Of a stretch of DNA of 64,000 bases, positions 47,786 to 64,000 are shown piece by piece. Each line of letters opens with the position of its first letter. Positions within the stretch are counted from its first letter, which is position 1. The translations under genes and the position numbers were made by a program. The DNA lies in assembly GCA_903813345.2 (NCBI GenBank), contig CAIIXF020000001.1, positions 2,480,001 to 2,544,000 of the forward strand, given 5' to 3'. The notes beneath the pieces were generated by a model that was not told where the DNA came from, searched no databases, and saw only the letters and a program-made list of their open reading frames with translations. The stretch is from Owenia fusiformis. Lineage: Eukaryota.

Positions 47786-49270
47786 ATTTTGTAAATTTAT
47801 TGCCAACAACTAAATGCTTTATTTCAGAATGAATGTCATCTAGTTACACAAGCAGAACATCTATGTTGTCTGACTACAATCCTGATTTCAGACATGCTAG
47901 AAATACATATTTAGTAACATGGAATATGAAACGAAAGAACACTTAGATATTATACACAATACAAAACTAGACATTTATTCATCTTAATCCATCATCTGTT
48001 TTTCTTTACATATAAGTTAAAATAAAATTACTATACACTACTATGATAAAATGATTTCTCAAGAGGAAAAGGGATGTATGATTAAAATACTTAAAATGTA
48101 CAATTAGGTCAAAGCTATTTTGACTTGACACATATCTCCAAAGTATGTTTTCTGACCTCATCTGGCTTTTATAAATGAATCATGATCCAGTCTATCTTAT
48201 TAACTACAACTACTAAAAATATATACAATAGCAATATATTATGACACGGGATCCATTCAAACTGTCTTTTACTTACTAAACCCATCTATCAGTTGTTGGT
48301 CAGACTTCATCAGTAAGTAGCTCATCATACATTGGTCCTTAGTTACTTTTCTACACATGAAACACTGTATTACAACTAGCTGGTGGTTTTCATGAAGACT
48401 CATTTGCTATTTTAAACATAATGTCAAGGTCATCTTGATGACTAAATATAGTTTTGTCTCTTCAAGAAAGGCCCTATGCCTTGATATCAATAGTTCTTGT
48501 CTTGATAGCAATACTTTGTGTCTCACTCAATAAAGCTATAAACTGTTGGGTCTTAGTCTATTGTGTATATGTGTTTCACTAGTTTTAGAGTCTATCTCTC
48601 ACTTTGTGGTTTAACTAGCTGATAGTGGATTGGTTCTTCATAAAATTTCCTGTTGATTAATAAAGATAACATAACATAATGTAATGTAATAATCAGGTGA
48701 AGCATACAAATTAACATACAATCAAAGAAATAGGCTACAATTCCATTTGCAGCTGATGCTATGTCAGAGCTACAGTTGCATACATGTGATCTGCTTATCT
48801 ATGAAAACAAAACAATTTTATCAACTTGAACTTTAAATTGGTTAAGATGTGAACTGTGTCAACTTTCTGTGTGCAATCTATCTGTTACTACATATTGAAA
48901 TTACAAGTAGCTATCTAATTTATCAGATAATATATAATTTGTCAGCTACTTTCAGAAAAAGGAAGCTGCACTACACGGAATTGCTTGTTGTGATTTGCAT
49001 CTTATAGCTATTAAACTGTGAAAAGCTTAAATCAAGTTTCCACGATCCTATAATATTTCAGACTAGAATCTTACAAGTGTAGCATTCCTACTTAATGTAA
49101 TAATGAGTTGCTTGAGCTGATGTTAACTACTTTCTATCAATTAATCTAAGGATATTTCAATCCAGAAAGTTGATAATGATACGAATTAATGTTATCTTGC
49201 CACAAGCCCTACTCTCTAAACTAAAATGTGTGTTTACCTGGGTAATGTCTCCAAATCTTCATTTCTGATT

Positions 49271-53651
<4,381 letters not shown>

Positions 53652-55410
53652 TTTGTCGATCTTTGTCACGCTATTTCTTTAAATCACGTGACCTTCATCG
53701 GATATTTCCGACACATATTCAATCTGTTATAAAATGTATATTCGGATAAATTATTTAAATTGGATCATTTAAATCGGTTTATATCTATCAAATAATTAAT
53801 ATTTTTATATTTAAGGAGCATAAATCGCCAAATAAAAGAAAAACTTTGATCACGGAAATTCACGACCTCATTCCCGCGCACATTTTGTGAAAAAAGCCCG
53901 GATATTTACAAAATCGTGAGCAAATCGCTGTGCTAAATCAGGTTTGTACACTTATTTTGCAAATAAAAGAATAATTGATGATGACTTTTCTTCTGCCCGA
54001 GGAACCCAATATTATCAATTTGCAATTTGATGTAAAGCTTCTGTTTTTCAATACAATTTATAAGCAAGGCAAAGAGCAATTTTTTAAAACAAAGCCGGTC
54101 TGAATTCACATGTTTTGAACTTCATTATTCAAAAACAAATTCAATGTTGATAAAATCACCGATAGATGTAAGAAACATGTCGAGAAACATATCATCATCA
54201 TTAGGACGTAGTGGTCTAGCCGTTGATATCGTCCTCTTCATTACTAAGGCACCTCGCTTCTCAATTTTGAGATTTTTTAACAAGACCAAAAAATAGATCT
54301 ATTTTTATCGAGTGAGCTTATAAGCTTAGTCTTACTACAAGATCCTGTGTTACTCTAGAGGATATAGGGGTAATCTCGGACACGGGGCATTGTCGGACGA
54401 TCTTCAATAATTCTTTGTTTTATATGGTTTCTTTATTGAAACTTTGTATTAGGGCGAAGGGGTGTAATGTCGACGTGTGGGGTAATGTCGACATAATGGA
54501 CGGGGTAACTTCGACACTTACGTATTAGAAGTAGAATTTCCGTTTTCCGCCATGTTTGATTTCTGGAAAAATTAAAATCTCGCGAGATCTCGATCCATGC
54601 GAGAAAAAAAACATGGCTTCCCCCTAGATCGGAAATTAGAGCAAATAAACAACAAGGTGTCGAAGTTACCCCACATGTCGAAGTTACCCCAAAACGGTGT
54701 CGACGGTACACCCCTTCGCCCTAGACACATCATATTATAAATTTGGTGCTATATATTGTAAAAATTCTAACTTTGTCCCAGATTTTCACCTGATACCAAG
54801 GGTTTGTCCGGGAATGCCCCGTGGCCGAGAATGCCCCTATCTCCTCTACCGAGCTGACAGCTCTGGGAAATTGGATGTATGTGTACTTGAAAAGAATAAA
54901 TCAAGCCCATTTTGACCAAACGCTGTGCTGAGTAGCGTTTATAATACGCTATATATTTGAATCAATACATAATTTATTTGTTGTTACCTTATTCTGTTCC
55001 TTCAACAGTCTGTTGTTGTAGTAAATCAATGTTCTATTATACAACAGAACTTTTGAATTTAGATTCCAGGCAATTTAGGTCTCACGAGATCTCGTGACTT
55101 TCGAAAGTAAAAATTTGCTACAAAATAACTCGCGTTAGCTAAATATGATATAGTCACGTGATCTTTCAGCGGTAATACCCATGCGCATAAAAAGTACAAT
55201 GCGCATGTGCACGTATGCGTAAAAAGTTAAAAAATGGTGCGCTCCAGATCTGGAATTTCTCCACTTTAACTGCAATTACACAACAAGTAGGACTTATTGT
55301 CACCACGCGTCATGAAAAGGGCAAGTTACATTCAGTTATCTTCTTAAATACCGTTTCTTATTCCAGCGCGCCTGCTGGAAGTTGGAGAAAACCGCTTCAC
55401 AAGACGGTAT
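53652..55410. promoter_or_regulatory. Divergent promoter region between hnRNP A and HP1
   Basis: CpG-enriched relative to flanks; E-boxes TCACGTGA at 53684 and 55154; NRF1-like TGCGCATGTGCA at 55200; 16-bp palindrome TCACGAGATCTCGTGA at 55082; candidate HP1 first-exon donor at ~55406. Confidence 0.6.
54356..54850. mobile_element. MITE containing a second nested MITE (54450-54723)
   Basis: Outer arms tagaggatataggggtaatctcggacacggggcatt / aatgccccgtggccgagaatgccctatctcctcta; inner TIR tagggcgaaggggtgta / tacaccccttcgcccta; the outer right end also occurs at 11921-12014. Confidence 0.75.
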
Positions 55411-55717
55411 ATTTTAACGGTTCGTCAGCTGGCTTTTGAGCCAGCTGTGTTCAGTAAGCTTAGTCCTAAGCTTACTATCTGTTTTCTCAAGTTAGTTCAC
55501 AACCTTCTCAGGCACAGGGTCAGGAACAGAAAGATCTCAGGGGTTTCATTAGCAGCAGGCGATTTTCAATGGTTTAATCTCTTGCATTAGGTTTACTGTG
55601 GGGCTGGTTTTACTGTGTCTATCTTTTCAGAAATCAGATTGATTTTCTTAGATTTTGTATTTGGATGACCAGTGGCCAAATTTGCCACATTTAGTTTAAC
55701 AAGTTAAACCTAGTTAA

Positions 55718-56470
55718 GGTGCTATGGAAGTTAACAGGAAATGACAAAACAGGAAGTGACAATTTTTTTGCATTTTTAGACATTTTTTGAACAAAGATAA
55801 CAGAGTTCTGTTTTGACCTCCAGTCAATTCAACTAGTTCCAAATATCATTTACAGGTCCAGGATCACAATGTGCAGGGTTAGAATGACCCTAAACATGAT
55901 GAAATAACCTTTTTAGCCCTTTGAAAGTGTGACTGAAAAAAAGCTAAAAGTAGGAGCTAGGGAATGTCACTAAACAGAATCTTTTGAATTTTTCAGAAAA
56001 TGTGCCCAATATAATGCTCTAACTGATACAATCTTTGAAGTTTTAGAAAATTGTCTTAAACAAAAATGGCAGTCATAAAAAGGAAAATAAATCGCTTTTC
56101 AAATCAGTTTTTTCATTTTTTTCTTTTTCCATGAATGACATCAAATTTTCAAAGATTGTATCATTTAGAGCAATATATTGGGCACATTTTCTGAAAAATT
56201 CAAAAGATTCTGTTCAGTGACCTTTCCTACCCTCCTACTTTTAGCTATTTTTCAGTCACATTTTCATAGGGCTGAAAAGGTTATTTCATCATGTTTAGGG
56301 TCATTCTGACCATGAACATTGTAATCCTGGACCTGTAAATGGTATTTGGAACTAGTTGAATTGACTGGAGGTCAAAACAGAACTCTGTTATCTTTGTTCA
56401 AAAAATGTCTAAAAATGCAAAAAAATTGTCACTTCCTGTTTTGTCATTTCCTGTTAACTTCCATAGCACC
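55718..56470. mobile_element. 753-bp foldback element with TTAA target duplication (Kolobok-like non-autonomous)
   Basis: TTAA|ggtgctatggaagttaacaggaaatg ... catttcctgttaacttccatagcacc|TTAA; arms of ~325 bp are nearly perfect reverse complements around a ~100-bp spacer. Confidence 0.9.
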
Positions 56471-56922
56471 TTAATTCAGGATTTTTTTGACGGGTGAAAA
56501 AATTACTTTCCCGTCGTTGATGGGTGAAAATTTTGGTCACCTGTCAAATTTGACAGGTGTTGAATTTCTATTATTTTGAGCACTGCACTTACTAATAATA
56601 TAAATGTAACTTAATATGAAAATAAAATAAAATATCAATGATGCATCACATGACAGTCATATTACTCAAAATTACTGGATGAAATATGGGGTGAAATTTT
56701 TTTCAAAATGTTTCTATGGTACATATAAAGTGGGTAGGGTGCTGAGAGTCCAATGCTTTCAAAAAATTTATAATAAATATCTATATTTTAGAATTTGTTA
56801 TCTATTTCCTAAGTCTCGACTCTTTTTGAGCTTCCAGCCCTGTACATGTATGTGGTTAATCCTTACTTGTGACCTGAACGTATTTTTTTTACTATAACCA
56901 ATCACAATTTTTTGTAGGCATT

Positions 56923-58590
<1,668 letters not shown>

Positions 58591-61329
58591 CAGTGAACAA
58601 CAAATATGAGGAACATTATGTAGATATTATCAGACTGAGGAGTAAGTGGGACAAAAAGCCATCTTTGAAAAACTGTGGTATATGTGTAAAAACTACCACC
58701 AATATTTACACTACAGTATTCAATCTACACTGTGATGCTGTCTCTTATTTGTAAACATCAGTGACTATTCCTCAGTTTTCTTTCATGGTTTCTATGCTGG
58801 CTTTTTGAGTTAGGATAGGAGAGATTACAGTGTATTGTACGTACAGTGTCGTGAAAATATGTGGATATAGTCAAAACAAAAAAAACGGTGAATGAAAATT
58901 CCTGGCTATTTTGAACTTGATGTAACTTGTTAAAAATTTTAAAATGTAAAGTAATTTTCTGGTCATTTCTGTACTTCAACATTGTTTTTATTTTTGTAGA
59001 CTGTAAGTACTTAGTGTGTGTTGTAACGAGATTCAAGACCTATCCAAATACCGCTTCACTTTTACATTACATACATTGGAGTATCCCTGGCCCCTGAGCA
59101 GTTTTTCTTGATCTCAATTTCATTTTGATTTTCTTGAACAACTACTGTTTTTGTAAATACCCGTGGAATCATATATTCTGTATTTGTATAGGTCAATCCG
59201 TTAACATTGTGTAGATAGTTGATCTTGTAATCCTTTGTGTCTAATCATGTACAAATTAAAGTTTATTTCTGTTTTATCATTCCAACTGTAACTAACATCA
59301 TATGTTCAAAGTTGACTATGTGCTAGAAAATATCAGGATTTCATACCAACCTAAATATTTAAACAAATTTAAAATGAAACTAGAAATTCACCCTAAAATG
59401 CAACCTGAAACATATGAAGGTCCATCATAATATTCCGAAATAAGAAGGTTGCATTTTTGGAGTCACCTTGTACTATAAATGCAACAAAATCAACTAATCA
59501 TGTAGTTTTTAAAAAAAATTTCCCATACCAATATTGAATATTATGATGATCTAAAAATAAGCAAGAGGTTAATCTTATGTTTGTATTTATATGGCATCAT
59601 TTTCAATAATCACATGGTTTTCCTATAAAATTGTATTTCTAGTTCTACACATTCTGATTTATTTTAGTTTGGTTCAGTCAATAAAAAGTACATGTATTTT
59701 ATAATGAAGTGTTTTCCTTTTTTGTATGTATGTTAAACACTAACAACCTGATCTAGCGTGGCTCAGTCACCCACTCATATGAGCATATGTATCCATCTGT
59801 TATATAAATCCACCATTTGAGCCCACAGAGACTGCAGGTTTGGGTAGACCAAGAGTGAAATCAAAAAGTATTGAATGAAGGTTTTTGAGGGTTGAGTGTT
59901 ATCAGAACTATGGAGGTTTTATATTAAAAGGCCTGTTAAGTGCAATATGTGGCTCAATTTAGGATTTCCCGCCCCATGTAAAGAATAACAAATGATAAGC
60001 TCATGTTGTGTTGAGTCTATATACTGTATTTGTTTTAATTTTTGGGCCTATTGGCATATATTTAATTTGGTACTTAAAAGGCGTGGTCTTGGTATCTTTC
60101 CTATAACTGGAAATGCACCACACGAAAAACATGTCAAATTCTCGGGATTTTGGCGACTATTTAATTTGGCCAAATTAGAGACAAATACAGAATGGAATTT
60201 TCACATGCAAAAAATATGCAGGACATTCACAGTTCACAGAATCTGGAAAGGTAATTGAATCTGTGGAGGGCTTGAGGCTCAAAGATGTTTCAGTTATATT
60301 GGCTTGCATACTGGAGGAATTTGAAAAAAGGGTAAACGGTGATTCATAACTAGAAAACAGCAATTCCACAGAGTAGCAAATCCCAACGAGCACTGTATTA
60401 ATCATGAATCTGTACAGTCACAATGTGTTATTTACTCCTCCCTTCAATAAATAGTTGAGGTCATTGTTGTATCATGTAACCATACTTTCATGATACATGT
60501 AACTCTAAGTAATGACGAATTCTTGCTCCAGGCAGCCATTTTGAATTTTCTTAGGCAAAAATCAGAAAAACAATAGGCCTACTACCTTAATTGTGATCTT
60601 CTCTGAAATTCCTTCAATTTGAGTATAATATAGCCATACTTTTAAGAAATCAGAAAATAATTGCGAAATCCCACATTAGGTGGCCATTTTGAATTTTACG
60701 AGGCCCGAATCAAAAAACGATACAATATTTGCAACCTACTCTAAATTGCCTTTCATTTGAGTATAATAAAGCTATAGTTCAAAAACATCTCAAAATTAAT
60801 GCAAATTCCTGTTCTCCCATTCACGGCCTCTGGGGATCAGGGTGAAAAACACGGAATATATGTAAAATAGACAGATGTTGTGAATAAAATACCAAATTTT
60901 CAAATAATGATATTTATTATTTTTGTTAAGCCTAAAATGTAAAACATAAGATTTTGCAACAAATTCACGCCATTTTTAAACAGTCGGCAATCTTGAAAAA
61001 AAATTTCAGTAAAACTATTCACCAACATACATCTTTCGACCAAATATGAAGAAAATCTGTCAACTAGTATTCGAGTTATCTTCCGGACAGAAGGACGGAC
61101 GGATTCACTATATCCCTATTGAACTTCGTTCGTTGGGATAATAAGGGGGATAAGAGAGGACTGAAACCCACCCATTTTATGGATCAGAGTGCGACAATAT
61201 TGAAAAGCAGCATTTATGAATGGCCTGCCAATTTTCTTTGCCACCCCAAATTAAAAATCCGAAGATGCCCATAACAGGTGACCGCTACAATGAACATAAA
61301 GTCAATCTAATCAGGACTTCATCTCAATA

Positions 61330-62250
61330 TCATCACCAAAAATGGTGACATATTTCTTGTGGATGGTGGTTGGTGTTCAGCAGTAACAAATGGGAGGTCG
61401 TGACATTTTGTGTGTTAATGCTTTGTTTTATTTTGACATCTTGATGTATCACAATGTATTGTAACAAATATAAGGAGTTTTAGTGCTAAAGTAAACATTG
61501 CCGTCATAAAATTAACTGCTGAAAATCTTGACTCATTTCATCTGTTGGCATTCAATAGATGGCGAGGAATTCAGTGGGTATAACTCTATAATTATTGTGA
61601 CATTTGCTATGGTCTCCATTTTTGTGACAGCGATAGATGGTTGGTGGTTGGCAATCAGGTGTCTGTAACAATTTCTTAACAACTTCCAATTTTTTTTCAA
61701 AATCATCTACAAGTTTTCAGCAGTTCAAATCTGACCCTAGAATTAAGACCTTTCAAAGTAAAAAAAATTCTAAAAAGGTCTTTTTTCAACTTGCTTCAAA
61801 TTGAGGATTTTTTTTCAAAATCATCTTCAAGTTTTCAGAAGTTCAACTCTGACTCTAGAATTAAGATTTGACCTTCAATTACTTTTTCGAGGTCAAAAAG
61901 GTTAAAAAAGGCTTTTTTTCAACTTGCATAAAATTGACCAATTATTTTTTTTCAAAATCATCTTCAAGTTCTCAAAAGGTCAAAAAAGATTTTGATCTTC
62001 TCAAGGTCTAAGATTTGACCTTCGATGACCTTTTCAAGTTTTAATATTTATTAGTATTTAACAGTTTAAACACAAACAAATGATAGAACCCACTAGAAAA
62101 ATAGTTAACTGTTATCTACACAAGCCATTTGCAAAGTGAATGAGGCATTGACATGCAAAATGTCACACTACCTACCATTTGTTACAGACACTAAACACTG
62201 AATGCAGAATGCCAACCACCAGATGCCACCCCAAAATAAGTTGAAGACCA
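61330..62250. mobile_element. Degenerate copies of the 17467-19224 Helentron-like family in both orientations
   Basis: tcaccaaaaatggtgacat hairpin, ggttgg microsatellite, tttttcaacttgcttcaaattga units, and an inverted end aggcattgacatgcaaaatgtcac at ~62143. Confidence 0.65.
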
Positions 62251-63444
62251 TAACTAACTTCCGATAGTAAAAATGACACCAAAAATTATTTTATTCAAAG
62301 TAAATTATTTTATTACCCATTTCACTGTATCACAATAAACACACTAAACAATAATAAAAATTAGATAGAATATATACCTCTTTATTCAACATATTCAATA
62401 TTCGCCACTTTTAAAATATAAAGAGTAAAGGAATGTATTATGCATATTTTAATAAAATATCACATTATTATATCAGCATACACGATAACATTATACCTCA
62501 TATTCTTACTCAATTTTTCACATCCCTTATGTTTAGTAGGTGAATACTGTAAAAGTAGGAGTGCAAACATTTTTTTTTGAAAAGTTACATCTTAAAGACT
62601 TGCTTTTTCAACTAGTGTTAAGGAAACAAAAAGTAAATAATAGGAGGAGGACCTTTTTTAAGCTTAAGTTCTATCCTTTCCTAATAAGGCCAAGCATATT
62701 TTTATTCAATAAATGTTTAGTTACACTTAGACCCACAACAGAAGATTTAATCATTTAAAATAAAATCTGGATGTTCTCAGTTCTAGTATAGCTATTAAAT
62801 TACCCTTCCTCTAGTTATCTAGCTATCTAGATCATATGCTATGTATGAAAACTACTGAGTTACTCCCTGCTGAAGGACAAGGGCACAGCCGATGCTTCCA
62901 CTCTGTTGTGTGTCTAAGTGGTTATGGGACATGAACACTAATAATAAATACATTTACATGAATAATCACTTCCCTAGACCAACACATACAGTAAAACCTG
63001 TATATACAAACATCTCTCTGATCTGAATACCTCTCAATGTAAGATATTTTCTCTGATTGACTTAAATGTTTATAAAGCCTTGAAATGTGAACATCAAATA
63101 ATCTGAACACTTTTGGCCAGTCTCAGAGCCTTTGAAGATGCAATATTGAGATATTCCCTATTTATACAAAAAAAAACTGGATTTTAGTTTGCTCATTTAA
63201 GTGGACTATTTTTCAATGGATTTGAATCTGAGCTTTGCTATTTCAAGTACATGTACAAGCGCTTTGAATGAGTTAAATAGTCATCATAACACCAGGAAAA
63301 AGTTTGCAATTTTTTCAGTTAATAAATACTTCAACCCATAAAAATGATTGAGTAATGTACACAAGTCTTTTTTTACAAAACAAAGTCTGTGAGTTACGTA
63401 AAGAGACTTTATGGATGCCATGTATTTGAACTCCTTTAGGACCT

Positions 63445-64000
63445 CTACCCATCATTACTTTCACTTTCATCATCACTGAAATTAATCTGTGAAGGCAAGG
63501 ACATAAAATTCATTAGACTCATGCCGCCACTAGGCTGGCTTGACCTACTGGCCTCTTGGAGTCGCCTCTGTACCTCTAAACCAAGCCTGTCTGACTCTTC
63601 ATGGATATTCTCATTGAGTTCCTGAAAGCGTTGCAATATGGAACCAAACGCAGGATTGGTGATGACTGCTGGATTTAGACCTGGTATGTTGGGAAGTGGA
63701 GCCTGAATGAGTGTGCTAGTGTCCGTTTCCATTGGGGTTTCAATTTCCCTTTCCACAGGGGTTTCAGGCTCCACTTGGGCTTCTTTTTCAATTGGGCTTT
63801 CAATGGCTTTAGTAAAGTGGGTTGGTGGATTTTCTTTCGTCTCAATTGGTTCTGACTTTATGGATGGCGAAATACTTTCAGATGACTGTATCTCAGTGCC
63901 TAATAAGGAATGTGGAGTGGGTTTGGCAACAAGATTGGGTAAGCCTGGTTTTGGAATGAGGGTAGGCATTCTGGTGGGCGGTTTATTGGTGGAGGGTTGA
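63445..64000 (-). CDS. 3' terminal coding portion of an unidentified Pro/Glu/Ser-rich protein; the frame stays open to the window edge
   Basis: 174-aa ORF whose frame continues upstream (QPSTNKPPTR-MPT); coding-like composition; helical-looking LQRFQELNENIHEESDRLGLEVQRRLQEA segment; no family recognised. Confidence 0.65.
   Translation of the reverse strand, partial: QPSTNKPPTRMPTLIPKPGLPNLVAKPTPHSLLGTEIQSSESISPSIKSEPIETKENPPTHFTKAIESPIEKEAQVEPETPVEREIETPMETDTSTLIQAPLPNIPGLNPAVITNPAFGSILQRFQELNENIHEESDRLGLEVQRRLQEASRSSQPSGGMSLMNFMSLPSQINFSDDESESNDG

Overview
AT-rich, intron-rich animal genomic DNA from an invertebrate bilaterian (a lophotrochozoan is plausible from the repeat types and DEG/ENaC genes, but this is not provable from the window). 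Gene order: 3' part of DNAI4/WDR78 (+, to 4167); a single-coding-exon 11xC2H2 zinc-finger/AT-hook gene (-, 7073-9391), head-to-head with a complete NUP155 gene (+, 12892-42947); an hnRNP A/B gene (-, 49271-53651) head-to-head with an HP1/CBX gene (+, 56923-58590); and the 3' end of an unidentified gene (-, 63445 to the edge). One 10.3-kb NUP155 intron holds two antisense, intronless, tandemly duplicated DEG/ENaC channel genes and a deleted DIRS/Ngaro-type retroelement. Introns also carry a mariner fossil, hAT, Harbinger-like and TTAA-foldback MITEs, and Helentron-like elements with internal satellites. Most notable observations: (1) the hnRNPA-HP1 divergent pair, the same arrangement as vertebrate HNRNPA1-CBX5 and HNRNPA2B1-CBX3 (the A2UCOE locus); (2) the nested channel paralogues differ mostly in the finger domain; (3) tandem arrays of duplicated splice sites in NUP155 (8 acceptors, 4 donors); (4) a U12-type intron and a GC-AG intron in NUP155; (5) a ~325-bp-arm foldback in the probable HP1 5'UTR intron; (6) likely 3'UTR splicing in hnRNP A. 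Gene names rest on my recognition of translated motifs, not on database searches.
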